Of a stretch of DNA of 64,000 bases, positions 17,986-27,297 are shown piece by piece. Position 1 is the first letter of the stretch; each line of letters begins with the position of its first letter. Source of the stretch: a virus; IMG/VR virus record IMGVR_UViG_3300045988_147821, positions 32,001 to 96,000 of that record; one strand, written 5' to 3'. The notes under the pieces were generated by a model that was not told the origin of the DNA, searched no databases, and saw nothing but the letters and a program-made list of their open reading frames with translations. Position numbers and translations under genes: made by a program.

Positions 17986-18660
17986 CTACATCCTGTAATC
18001 CGGCCCCTTCCCCCTTGGAAAGTATTTCATGTAAGGTTCTCCCCATACGAATATCGCCCTTTCCGTCTTGTTGAACCTTACAGGCTTTATCAGGGGTAAT
18101 AGCCTGCTTCTTGCGACTTCTATCATGGCGCGTCTTTCATTGGTGTTCTCTATATTGGGGAATATGTCTATCAATACCGTATCGAAGAACCTCCCCTGTT
18201 GCGGCATGAGTTTCGTAAAGTCACCGAACAGGCTTCCCTTAATCATCCTTAAGGGTACGGCAGAATCCTCAAAATAGGGTTCCATGAGTTTGATAAGGTT
18301 ACGCTCTTCCTCCAGGACGGTCACGGAAGCCACTTCCGGCTCCTTTAGGACACTTTCAAGTGCCATCCCTAACCCTAGCCCCACAATAAGTATGTTTCCC
18401 CTTGCAGCCTTCAAAAACGGCTCATATCCGTGTTCACGGAACAGGGAATCGTCCATGATGTACCTGCTTCCTCCCATAAGCCTGCAATATGTTCCCGGCT
18501 TCTTCTTGAAATCCTTGTGTGGTATATCAAGGTTGAACATGTTTATATCGGTTGACGGGAACACCCGGAAACATTCTATCGTGAAATTCTTGAAGTTGGA
18601 ATAGGAGGTTTCCAGCTTCTGTCCGTACACAAGACGGAATTTGTCAGCCATCCTTCCCAT
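17986..18660 (-). CDS. spermidine synthase-like / class I SAM-dependent methyltransferase fold protein
   Basis: ILIVGLGLGMALESVL..VTVLEEE..........FDTVLIDIF matches the G-rich SAM/dcSAM-binding loop, acidic strand-2 end and D-containing strand 4 of the PABS/MTase fold. Confidence 0.6.
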   Translation of the reverse strand: MGRMADKFRLVYGQKLETSYSNFKNFTIECFRVFPSTDINMFNLDIPHKDFKKKPGTYCRLMGGSRYIMDDSLFREHGYEPFLKAARGNILIVGLGLGMALESVLKEPEVASVTVLEEERNLIKLMEPYFEDSAVPLRMIKGSLFGDFTKLMPQQGRFFDTVLIDIFPNIENTNERRAMIEVARSRLLPLIKPVRFNKTERAIFVWGEPYMKYFPRGKGPDYRM

Positions 18661-18664
18661 AATC

Positions 18665-18862
18665 CTACTTCATTATATCCACGTTCATACCATATCCCAC
18701 GTCAACGGACTTGTCAATGCCGTTGTTCTCTAATTCATGCCTGTTTTTCTTTTCCTTAATGGTAAGAGTGCCTTTTTCATCCGTTACGGTAATTTCGTCA
18801 AGTTCCCCATTCCGATTGAAATTTGCGGTCACTTTGTTTCTTTCCGTTATCTGCTTATTCAT
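18665..18862 (-). CDS. hypothetical small protein
   Basis: 65-aa ORF behind the minus-strand TACCTTTG box at 18902..18909. Confidence 0.45.
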   Translation of the reverse strand: MNKQITERNKVTANFNRNGELDEITVTDEKGTLTIKEKKNRHELENNGIDKSVDVGYGMNVDIMK

Positions 18863-18901
18863 GTGATTAAATTTTTGGTGAATACTGAATTTATATCATC
18901 G

Positions 18902-19019
18902 CAAAGGTAGACAATTTAAATTTTACTCCCACATTATTTAAATAAAATGTTATCTGTATGTTAATTTAATGTTAAAACATGAAATTATTTTTGGATAATT
19001 AAAGTAACCAATTAAATTT
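18902..19019. promoter_or_regulatory. divergent promoter region
   Basis: Minus-strand TACCTTTG (18902..18909) and plus-strand TAAATTTG (19012..19019), each about 35-40 nt from its start codon. Confidence 0.55.
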
Positions 19020-19053
19020 GCAACATGAAAGTTGAAATAAAATTTAAATAATA

Positions 19054-19518
19054 ATGGAAACAAGAATAACAATAGCGCAAATGGATGAAGCGTTGGAGAA
19101 ATTCAAGCAGAAGATATCATCCGATTTCATAGTAGGAGGAAGTCTTGCCCTCTATCATCACGGATTCGAGTGCACTCCCGGTGACATTGACATGGAGATT
19201 GAAATCGGAGAGGGTGACGGGAACATAATTGAAACGCTGTCCGTGCTCAATGAAACCTATTACGGCAACAATGATGCGAGCAGGTATCCTACAACGGAGC
19301 ACCATTACAGATTCAGTTTCCACGGTGTCATATTTGACGTGTGGGCAGTAAACAGGTTCAGTTATAAAGGATACATGCTATCCATTGACGGAACACGTTA
19401 TGCGGACGTGATGAGCGTCCTAAGGGCGAAACGCAAGATAGGAAGAACAAAGGACGTCAATTCCATTGCCGATTACGCATCACAGATATTATCCCTGTTA
19501 AAGGAGGACAAGCAATGA
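19054..19518 (+). CDS. minimal nucleotidyltransferase-fold protein (MNT-like)
   Basis: GGSLALYHHGFECTPGDIDMEI fits the G[GS]-x(9-13)-DxD motif. C-terminal KRKIGRTKDVNSI resembles the K..R.KD..D motif of small NTases. Confidence 0.5.
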   Translation: METRITIAQMDEALEKFKQKISSDFIVGGSLALYHHGFECTPGDIDMEIEIGEGDGNIIETLSVLNETYYGNNDASRYPTTEHHYRFSFHGVIFDVWAVNRFSYKGYMLSIDGTRYADVMSVLRAKRKIGRTKDVNSIADYASQILSLLKEDKQ

Positions 19519-19688
19519 AACGTTTTCTGGCCACATTGTTCATATTGGCGGTATCGTTCATACTGATGTCTATCCTGTTCATGCCGGAAGAAATTCCTGA
19601 TGTTGATAAAAACATAAAAGAGAATTTTGACTATTCAAATGATAATTGTAACTTTGCCACCAAAACTTTAAACAATATTTTAAAATGA
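19515..19688 (+). CDS. small membrane-anchored protein (57 aa, below the ORF-track cutoff)
   Basis: MKRFLATLFILAVSFILMSILF.... ATGA overlaps with both neighbouring genes. Confidence 0.45.
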   Translation: MKRFLATLFILAVSFILMSILFMPEEIPDVDKNIKENFDYSNDNCNFATKTLNNILK

Positions 19689-20023
19689 ACAAGATAAAAC
19701 AGCTATTGAGATGCCGGGGATTGAAGGCGAAGGATATGGCGGAAGCGTTGCAGCTTTCCGAAACAAGGATGAGCCAGATATCGAACGGTGCTTCCACAAC
19801 GGAAGAAACGAAAAGACGGATATGTGAATGGATAGGGGAACCGTTATGGATAGTGTTCCCGGAAGATTACCCCGACATGGCGGGGATGGTGGAGAAGGGA
19901 AATTGTGACAAGGTATCCATCACAAGTACGGGCAACAACCCCTATTTCTTTACGGCTACGGCCAAGATAGACGGGAAGCCCGTATATCTGGAAGGTGTCG
20001 CCCATAAAGTTGAGAAGGCATGA
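19685..20023 (+). CDS. XRE/Cro-type helix-turn-helix regulator
   Basis: LKAKDMAEALQLSETRMSQISNG is a typical HTH_XRE core. Confidence 0.65.
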   Translation: MNKIKQLLRCRGLKAKDMAEALQLSETRMSQISNGASTTEETKRRICEWIGEPLWIVFPEDYPDMAGMVEKGNCDKVSITSTGNNPYFFTATAKIDGKPVYLEGVAHKVEKA

Positions 20024-20277
20024 TTGACATACGTGAATTGAGAATCGGTCAGACGGTAAGGTTTGACCAGGGCTTCGGAACGATAGAGGGTCTTAGAAGC
20101 ACACGGTACATGGAGTGGGATACGGGTGACAAGACAGGTACGGTGACCGTCAGGGACGTATCGGGAGTGTATTACCTGTGTGATCTGGAGGAAATATCCA
20201 TCCCCTCACGGGAAGAGATAGACGGATTCCTCAAAGTGGTGGACGACATAAGGAACGGTTTTTACGAAAATGAATGA
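20020..20277 (+). CDS. hypothetical protein
   Basis: 85-aa ORF, ATGA-coupled. Confidence 0.5.
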   Translation: MIDIRELRIGQTVRFDQGFGTIEGLRSTRYMEWDTGDKTGTVTVRDVSGVYYLCDLEEISIPSREEIDGFLKVVDDIRNGFYENE

Positions 20278-20432
20278 CCGATATGGGAAACAGAAGAAGG
20301 ATAAGACCGGGATATGTGAAAGTATGGGAGCAGAAAGCGAAAAAACGCGGAACTGCAACCCTTACAAGCGATAACAGTAAGGACAAACTATTAAAACTAT
20401 TTGGTGCCTATGGAAAAGGAATAGAGAAATGA
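20274..20432 (+). CDS. hypothetical basic small protein (52 aa)
   Basis: MTDMGNRRRIRPGYVKVWEQKAKKRG.... ATGA overlap with the upstream ORF. Confidence 0.35.
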   Translation: MTDMGNRRRIRPGYVKVWEQKAKKRGTATLTSDNSKDKLLKLFGAYGKGIEK

Positions 20433-20588
20433 GAACGCGCGGTCCGATTCCGAATGAATCATTTTATAAACATAAAAACATAAAAAGTGATAATTATCAG
20501 GAACCGCAATATTTACGGAAACGGATTGTGTACGGGTGTGGACCGTATGGGTGGCACCCGTTTAAAACCTTAAAAACCGAATGATTAT

Positions 20589-20813
20589 ATGAGAACAATA
20601 AAGGAAACAACAAGGAAACTGCTTGAATTTTTCGAGATGGAAAAATTGACTGTAAAGGACATGCTAAGGGCATTGTACTTCTCCCTTTCACTCGTGAACA
20701 TCGTCATAATGGGAGGAATAGGATCGTCATGGACACTCATGATCGCCCTTGCCGTATTCATACACGCCACATGGCAGTTCGTAAAGATAGGGAGGAACCT
20801 GCAAGATGAATGA
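20589..20813 (+). CDS. small membrane protein
   Basis: 74 aa with a hydrophobic segment LSLVNIVIMGGIGSSWTLMIALAVFI. Confidence 0.45.
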   Translation: MRTIKETTRKLLEFFEMEKLTVKDMLRALYFSLSLVNIVIMGGIGSSWTLMIALAVFIHATWQFVKIGRNLQDE

Positions 20814-21186
20814 GTTCGGAAAGATATGTACGGAGGTGAACACCCGTATAGTACAGGACACGGTGTGGTTCTCCTATTACAGGATAACGGACGATGATCC
20901 GTTCGGGATAGACAATTACGTCAACGAGTTTGTCGCACGCATAGGAAGGGAAAATGGAAGGAAGTTCAAGTTCCGTGTCCTCATGAACCGCAACACCCAT
21001 GACAGGCTGAACGAAGCCTATTCAAGAAGGATACCCATGTTCGACCAGGGACAAGAGGAACCCGTAAGGAAGGTGGATATCAGGATAATCATATCCATGA
21101 CAGGTTCGGCAGTAACCGTAACGGAAAACATGGCACTCGAAGATGACATCATAAGAATAGAAGCAACCAAAATACAGAAGATATGA
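20806..21186 (+). CDS. hypothetical protein
   Basis: 126-aa ORF overlapping its neighbours. Confidence 0.5.
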   Translation: MNEFGKICTEVNTRIVQDTVWFSYYRITDDDPFGIDNYVNEFVARIGRENGRKFKFRVLMNRNTHDRLNEAYSRRIPMFDQGQEEPVRKVDIRIIISMTGSAVTVTENMALEDDIIRIEATKIQKI

Positions 21187-21593
21187 AAAAGCTGAAAACA
21201 GGAAAAGAAAGGATGTTCGCGATGGCAGACGCATTCACTGCATCCATCATGCTGGTATTGACCAAGGAATCACTCGTCTATATAGGGGATGAAAACCTGT
21301 ACGTGTCGGAGGACGGAGAAGTGTCAAGACATGAGATAACGGGTGCCATGGCACTTGCAATGACAGAAGTGATGGACCAGATAGGGCTTGGCAACGGCAA
21401 GCGGCCCACAAAACTCAACGAACTCCTACACATCCTTACCGATACCGTCATAGACATGATATCCGACAGGTGCGTGGAGATGGCAAGACAGGAAATGGGC
21501 GCGCTACCCAATGACAGGGAGAAGGAAGAATCCACGGAGAACAATATCGAAATGCCCATGATATTCAACAACGACAACCAGAAACCCAACTGA
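21183..21593 (+). CDS. hypothetical protein
   Basis: 136-aa ORF, ATGA-coupled. Confidence 0.5.
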   Translation: MKKLKTGKERMFAMADAFTASIMLVLTKESLVYIGDENLYVSEDGEVSRHEITGAMALAMTEVMDQIGLGNGKRPTKLNELLHILTDTVIDMISDRCVEMARQEMGALPNDREKEESTENNIEMPMIFNNDNQKPN

Positions 21594-21606
21594 AAATAAA
21601 CACACA

Positions 21607-21861
21607 ATGATAACGGTTATAATAAGAAACGACAGGTTCCGCATATTCATGACGGACAATATCAACGAACAGCCGATAGAGTTCGTATCGAACAGTGAAT
21701 CAAAATATGTCATGGGATTCACCAACCATAACAAACGGGTGCGGATATGGAAGATGGGAAGAAACACACCCTACGATCAGATGGTGAATCAAATGACGGA
21801 TGATAATGTCGTGTTCGATGCACCCTACAACAATACCTGTATAATAGACAGGAGGGAATAA
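21607..21861 (+). CDS. hypothetical protein
   Basis: 84-aa ORF, last gene of the plus-strand block. Confidence 0.45.
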   Translation: MITVIIRNDRFRIFMTDNINEQPIEFVSNSESKYVMGFTNHNKRVRIWKMGRNTPYDQMVNQMTDDNVVFDAPYNNTCIIDRRE

Positions 21862-22084
21862 ATTGCAAAAAACAGAAAGTGGTGAATGATTAGGAAAAGT
21901 GATATAGGAATAGGGAGGGGGCAACAGGATATGTTTTTTGTCCATTAATGTTTTTACCAAAAACCTATGCAAAAACAGGTAACGGTGTCCGTCACGGACG
22001 GTACGTTACCATTTCCCCAAACAGCAACAGGCAACTTGTAATAATTCTCCATAATAAATGATTCTTTTTATAGTTTAGATTTGG

Positions 22085-22127
22085 ATGCAGGATATGTCGT
22101 GATGATATGATCCTGCATTGTTTTTGT
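22085..22127 (+). terminator. intrinsic terminator of the plus-strand block
   Basis: ATGCAGGAT-16 nt-ATCCTGCAT followed by TGTTTTTG. Confidence 0.65.
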
Positions 22128-22131
22128 ATGT

Positions 22132-22165
22132 ATAACCGAAATAATGCCATTTCGGTTATTTTTAT
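22132..22165 (+). terminator. second hairpin built from the ACCGAAAT motif, followed by a T-run
   Basis: ATAACCGAAAT-aatgcc-ATTTCGGTTAT followed by TTTTAT. Confidence 0.55.
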
Positions 22166-22931
22166 GAAAAACACGTCCACGCTATCATGGGAACAATGAT
22201 TGTGGCAAAAAGAATAGGGTGAGCATTACACCCACCCTATGATACGGAAATCGAAAATAATAGTACCAAAATAACTACTGAAAGAAAATATGACTACCGC
22301 AAATATAGGACATCCATCCCATATATGCAACACCCGTGGGGTATATCGCCCGTTTCATTTCCCGGAAAAATTTTGGAATAGGAATGGTAAGCCAAAAGGT
22401 TTCGGCAGGAAGGAAGAGAGGACATCACCCATGGGGGTAAAATGCGGTTTTTGTTTTTCCGAAAAATTTTAAGGTCCAAAAAGGTATTTCGGGGAATATA
22501 GGGAGAGAGGGTGTTTGTTGCTAAGCACGACACCCCGACTTCCTCGTTTCATAGTGTTTTGCTTCTCCAGGCATTACACCCGCATATACCCTATTTTAAG
22601 CCCTTACACACAAGGATCACCCGTTTTCCATACTGTTACCCATCCATTGCCACATTGTTCCCGTAACATCATTAAAACGGCTCGTACCCTATGTGTGTCG
22701 CCCTATCGGGAATGCGGTTTTTGCGTGTCCTGTGGTAGGGTGTGCCTTTCCCGATTATCATATAGTAAATTATTATAACAGGGTCAAAAACAGGGGTGTT
22801 TTCATTAAGTTACTGATATTCAGACGATTAAGCCAAAAAATCGTTGCATCCGCCCTTATATGCAAATCGAAGCATTGATAGTAATAATATAGGACAAATC
22901 ATTGTTTTGTGATGCGTGTGTACACGCGTGT

Positions 22932-22960
22932 GTGCTGCATATACGAATGTATTGCAGCAC
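22932..22960. repeat. 12-bp stem hairpin or palindrome in the gene desert
   Basis: GTGCTGCATATAC-gaat-GTATTGCAGCAC, flanked by GTGTACAC/ACGCGT palindromes and GTACAAT x2.7 (22984-23002). Confidence 0.7.
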
Positions 22961-23185
22961 GAAAGAATGTATATGTATATTAGGTACAATGTACAATGTA
23001 CAAAAATCGAATATCAGTAACCAACTAGATTATATACACAATTAGGCGGTTTTACGCGTATATGCAGACCATACCAGGAACGGCAATAACATGGAATAAT
23101 TGCCTGGTGATCGTGGAAAGGTGGGAATAGGATAAAAGGGGTAATTAGATGTTTTGGTTACTCCCAATGGCTTCCACGCTAGGCA

Positions 23186-23266
23186 AAAACCTATCAAAAC
23201 CTATCAAAACCTATCAATTCCTATTTCAAAACCATTCAAAAAACAGCCCTCAAATCATTCAAAACC
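23186..23266. repeat. 10-bp phased direct repeats (AAAACCTATC x3 plus 5 degenerate units) next to an A+T-rich block
   Basis: aaaacctatc aaaacctatc aaaacctatc aattcctatt tcaaaaccat tcaaaaaaca ..., followed by tactactattactattattataatccctattaat. Confidence 0.8.
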
Positions 23267-23564
23267 GTATATCTACTACTATTACTATTATTATAATCCC
23301 TATTAATGTTGTTGGAACGTTATTCTATCATTTCCGGTTTACCTGGTGATTTATTCTACTGATTGAATGTAATACAGTATATTATATTGTGTTTTCGCTA
23401 TTATGCGGGTGAATTCCCTTGTGTTCCGTATTAGGGTGGTATATATGGGTGTATATAGATGTAGTTTCCCTGTGATAGTGATATACATGCGTCTTTTGTA
23501 TGGTATGGTGGTATTATTGTATGAATGTCTTTTTATTCCTATTTTTATTTTTGGTAAGATTTTT

Positions 23565-23594
23565 TGCTAAAAACCGAAATAGTGTTATTTCGGT
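23565..23594 (-). terminator. terminator of the long minus-strand gene block, built from the ACCGAAATA palindrome
   Basis: On the minus strand, ACCGAAATA-acac-TATTTCGGT is followed by TTTTTAGC. Confidence 0.6.
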
Positions 23595-23756
23595 AAATTC
23601 ATTCAAAATGTGTTTCACATGGTATTGTAGACGTGATTTTTGCACAAAAATAACAGGTACAAGGTGTTTATGTTTGTCTATTCCTTGTACCTGTTTTCAG
23701 ATAGTTTTTATAAATCATTGTATCATGATTATATTATTGCTATTTTGATTGATTGA

Positions 23757-24101
23757 TTAATAGGTGAGTTCCGCCAATACGTCCGTATTATATACGGGTA
23801 ACTGTTTTGCGTATCGTGTACGCCCGTCTAGGGGTGTTTCCGTGATAGTTAGTTCTAGTAATTTGTATATTGGTGTATTCCAGATAGGTTTTTCTAGGGC
23901 TTCTATTTCTTTGTACCTGGGCGAATCTATATATATACCTTTTGGACCGTGGTAAAACTGTTTAAAAAACGGGTGATCTTTATGTCTGCATACCAAATGA
24001 TAACTTATATGTTTATATGCTATATCCTTTACCGTTTTTGAGGCCGATTTACAAATATATTGGCTACCTGTTTTGCTGTTTTTTACTGTTACTAGTATCA
24101 T
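23757..24101 (-). CDS. hypothetical protein
   Basis: 114-aa ORF. Confidence 0.5.
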   Translation of the reverse strand: MILVTVKNSKTGSQYICKSASKTVKDIAYKHISYHLVCRHKDHPFFKQFYHGPKGIYIDSPRYKEIEALEKPIWNTPIYKLLELTITETPLDGRTRYAKQLPVYNTDVLAELTY

Positions 24102-24141
24102 AATGTTTTTTGTTTTAATATTAAACTATTTCGATATGTTT

Positions 24142-24369
24142 TTATTTTTGCGTCAATATATCTATTACCCTATCGATTTCCCGTTTTGCTTCTTTAATGG
24201 TCTTATGCGCATACTTTATATTTTTTGGAAATGTAGGGATATTAGGAAAATTAATTAGATACATTTTCGTTTTATAGCCGCAAAAGCAATAATGTATTAT
24301 ATATCCTTTATAAATCATATCTTTTTGTTTTTTATGGATAATATATCGGTATTGATTGATATCTTTCAA
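24142..24369 (-). CDS. hypothetical protein
   Basis: 75-aa ORF. Confidence 0.45.
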   Translation of the reverse strand: MKDINQYRYIIHKKQKDMIYKGYIIHYCFCGYKTKMYLINFPNIPTFPKNIKYAHKTIKEAKREIDRVIDILTQK

Positions 24370-24390
24370 TAGAGGGCTTTATTTTGCCTT

Positions 24391-24693
24391 CTATTGGTGT
24401 TTTTGGATAGAGAATTGCACACCGTCAAGTATATATTTTGCGTGCTCTTTAGCCGCTTGCTGTTTTTCTTGTCTGGTGGGTGTTATTCCGTCATACTTGT
24501 ACAATAGTTTGGCGGCTTCTCTGATTATACTTTTCATTGCGCTGCAATTTGCAAGGTATTCTATTGATGGCTGTATGCCCTTGTTTACCTTCTTAATTAT
24601 GCAATTTTGCAGCCATGTTGTAATATCGTATATTTCCCGCGTATTGCGTATATACATTGCAAGTAAATTAGGTATGTCGTTTCTTGTTTCCAT
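24391..24693 (-). CDS. hypothetical protein
   Basis: 100-aa ORF starting METRN. Confidence 0.5.
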   Translation of the reverse strand: METRNDIPNLLAMYIRNTREIYDITTWLQNCIIKKVNKGIQPSIEYLANCSAMKSIIREAAKLLYKYDGITPTRQEKQQAAKEHAKYILDGVQFSIQKHQ

Positions 24694-24706
24694 AATGTTA
24701 CGTTTT

Positions 24707-24799
24707 TTAATTGTTATTGTTTTGTTTCTGTTTTTCGATATAGTCGGTTATCTGTATGGATAGGTACAAGCAACCTAATAATATTAATGTTTCAATCAT
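24707..24799 (-). CDS. possible 30-aa hydrophobic peptide directly behind repeat copy A
   Basis: MIETLILLGCLYLSIQITDYIEKQKQNNNN occupies the same position relative to the repeat as the METK starts behind copies B and C. Confidence 0.3.
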   Translation of the reverse strand: MIETLILLGCLYLSIQITDYIEKQKQNNNN

Positions 24800-24805
24800 A
24801 GCATG

Positions 24806-24960
24806 TATTTTTTAATTGTTCGTTAATCGTTTTTTTCAATCACATTGCAAAGGTAAGGATAAAAACCGAAATAACAACTATTTCGGGAAATTATTTTTGT
24901 TAATAAATGTTTAATGATAGGTAAAACGTTGAAATTGAGTGAGTTATGAACTATCAAAAA
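24806..24960 (-). repeat. about 155-bp intergenic repeat, copy A (terminator hairpin plus promoter plus leader)
   Basis: Near-identical to 26835..26975 and 28015..28169. Contains CCGAAATA-gttgt-TATTTCGG and a minus-strand TACCTTTG box (24848..24855). Confidence 0.9.
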
Positions 24961-25255
24961 CATTATTCAAAACGTATATACGCTCGTTTTTATGTAAATA
25001 ATATAGGTAGTGATTATATTCCCATGTGCATTTAATTCGCCTTATGTTGATGCTCTTATGATACTTATATCTAATATATCGCTCGTGCTGCATTATACAC
25101 TGATTGACGGATGCAACGTATATTATTGGTATTCCGTGTTTTTTGCAATGGTTAAGTATAAGATTAATTTCTCGAGCGATTATTATGTACGGTGTAATGG
25201 TACGGGCATCTACTATATAGTAGGTATGCCCGTCTATATTGGTAGTCTGTATCAT
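24944..25255 (-). CDS. hypothetical protein
   Basis: 103-aa ORF. Its last 5 codons lie inside repeat copy A. Confidence 0.5.
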   Translation of the reverse strand: MIQTTNIDGHTYYIVDARTITPYIIIAREINLILNHCKKHGIPIIYVASVNQCIMQHERYIRYKYHKSINIRRIKCTWEYNHYLYYLHKNERIYVLNNVFDSS

Positions 25256-25761
25256 TGCTCTAGATACCCGTTTTTTTGCAAAAATTCATTTAGATCAATT
25301 TCCGAATAATCTACAAAATTAGATTCCATTCTACTATTATTGCAGATCCACCCGTATATAATGTTAAGCAAATCATTGTCTAGCCTATTATAGTTGACAT
25401 ATTGTTGTGCGGCTTCCATTATTATATCAAATTTCATTTCGGTATAATATTGTCCTAGATAACAATCAAAATCTAGTATATCACTATTTTTTATAAAGTC
25501 GCGCAAATCTTTTGCAGGCTCTCCAAAAATAAACGCGTTTTCACCGTTCCAGGATGTTTTTTCATGTACTATATTTTCCGGGTAATATTCTTTGAAATAA
25601 GATATTATAACCTTGTCTAAAAATGATCCACCGTAATCGGTGTACGCGAAATTAAGGTATATATCACTATGTTTGTCTTTTGCTTCCTGTAATAAACTTT
25701 CAGAAGCCACGTATGTTTGTTTGCTTGAAAAATCTACTAGGTTGTTATTGTTCGTTCTCAT
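25252..25761 (-). CDS. hypothetical protein
   Basis: 169-aa ORF, ATGA-coupled. Confidence 0.55.
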   Translation of the reverse strand: MRTNNNNLVDFSSKQTYVASESLLQEAKDKHSDIYLNFAYTDYGGSFLDKVIISYFKEYYPENIVHEKTSWNGENAFIFGEPAKDLRDFIKNSDILDFDCYLGQYYTEMKFDIIMEAAQQYVNYNRLDNDLLNIIYGWICNNSRMESNFVDYSEIDLNEFLQKNGYLEQ

Positions 25762-25926
25762 ATCTTTAATTATTTTAAATTATTACTTTTGATTTTTCCA
25801 CACTCTATAATCATTATCACTTTCAAAACACATATAACCGTCAAATACTTTGGCTACATGTGCGGGGGTAAACGGGCAAATTTTAATTGCCCGATACCTT
25901 GTTTCAACTTGCGCAAAAAAACGTTC

Positions 25927-26826
25927 TCATAATTTCTTTAATTTAAAGGTTATGTTTTCGGGAAGTTTAGTTTTGTCAACTGTTTTGATAAATTCGTCAA
26001 ATTGTTCTTGCGTTACTTTTTCTTCGTAATCATTCCAATTAAATACAAGTTCATTGCTATGATTGTAGTATATTACGTTTTTAATGGGAATCCCGGTGTC
26101 AAGAAGGGCTAACCTAACTAGCTTTCTATTTTCCGCTTTTTGTGTTTCTTTTTCGAAATCTGCAATTATTTCATTGCGTTTCTTCTCGTATTCTTCACGT
26201 TTTTTCTGGTCTTTTCGTGCCTGTATGGCTTCACTAGTATAATACCCTTCCTTAATTCTGTTTTCGATTAGTGTACGTTCTTCGTCCGTCAATTTTAATG
26301 CAAAACGTTCGCTTTCGGGTTTATACGGGTTTTCCCATGTGTTACCCGTCAATGCTTCTAATTGTTTGATAGCCTTTAAACTTTCTTGTTTCCAACGGTC
26401 TACGATCCCTAGGGTATATAGTAGGTGTTTAAAGTACAACTTATCCTCTGTATTATTACGTAATATATCGTATTCTGTTTCAGTGATACGTAGGTAGTTT
26501 ATTGCCTTTTCCTTGTCGCTGTTTACTAGGTGATATACTCCATTTTCAACGGGATACATTGGCTGCCCGTAATGGTTGCACAAATGTAGGTCAATAAATG
26601 TTTTAAACTCTGGGAAATACTTCAAAATTTCGTCGTGACAACAACCACTAGCACACCAAACGAAACGCCCGTTCCTACGTTTTTCATATATATCCGCTGT
26701 GATGCCCCAATCACATACACCATTTTTGCAACAATCATTTAAACTTATACGCACATTCATTTTGTAGGTTATTCCGTTCTCTACATAAAATTTTGTTACA
26801 TTGTAAGATAAATTCTTTGTTTCCAT
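25927..26826 (-). CDS. hypothetical Cys-rich N-terminus / coiled-coil protein
   Basis: The start was moved to METKNLS (26826). The longer ORF-track start at 26871 would read through the promoter repeat. Confidence 0.55.
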   Translation of the reverse strand: METKNLSYNVTKFYVENGITYKMNVRISLNDCCKNGVCDWGITADIYEKRRNGRFVWCASGCCHDEILKYFPEFKTFIDLHLCNHYGQPMYPVENGVYHLVNSDKEKAINYLRITETEYDILRNNTEDKLYFKHLLYTLGIVDRWKQESLKAIKQLEALTGNTWENPYKPESERFALKLTDEERTLIENRIKEGYYTSEAIQARKDQKKREEYEKKRNEIIADFEKETQKAENRKLVRLALLDTGIPIKNVIYYNHSNELVFNWNDYEEKVTQEQFDEFIKTVDKTKLPENITFKLKKL

Positions 26827-26834
26827 AATTATAA

Positions 26835-26975
26835 GTATTTTTAATTGTTCGTTAATCGTTTTTTCAATCACATTGCAAAGGTAAGGATAAAAACCGAAAT
26901 AACAACTATTTCGGGAAATTATTTTTGTTAATAAATGTTTAATGATAGGTAAAACGTTGAAATTGAGTGAGTTAT
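26835..26975 (-). repeat. intergenic repeat, copy B
   Basis: Same sequence as copies A and C. TACCTTTG box at 26876..26883. Confidence 0.9.
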
Positions 26976-27283
26976 TTACGTTTAATTTTTTGCGTCCAAA
27001 TACGTTTTCTTCCTCCTAATGTGGCAGTTTTCACCCAAATATTATATAATTTACATTTAGGGTATAATTTACTGTTATTAAGTAACATTAAGTCGTTATT
27101 GCTTAATTCTTTCCACCCCCTAGATATAGGGGTATAACCTGTTAACTTAATACTTTCGGGGGCATTCTCTGATATGGTAAGCGTTTCAACTTCTATTGGG
27201 AAATTGTAATCTTTCATTCTGTTTAATGTATTGGAGCGTTTGGTCGCTCGTCTTAATATTACATTGATATTTTTTGCTTTCAT
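26972..27283 (-). CDS. hypothetical basic protein
   Basis: 103-aa ORF. Confidence 0.5.
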   Translation of the reverse strand: MKAKNINVILRRATKRSNTLNRMKDYNFPIEVETLTISENAPESIKLTGYTPISRGWKELSNNDLMLLNNSKLYPKCKLYNIWVKTATLGGRKRIWTQKIKRK

Positions 27284-27297
27284 TATTGTATGATTTT

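Noticed and set aside
17135-21861. Lysogeny module (integrase and repressor) in the opposite-strand island
   Set aside because: Only an XRE-type HTH is present. No tyrosine or serine recombinase motifs, excisionase or attP-like features were recognisable, so temperate lifestyle cannot be claimed from this window.
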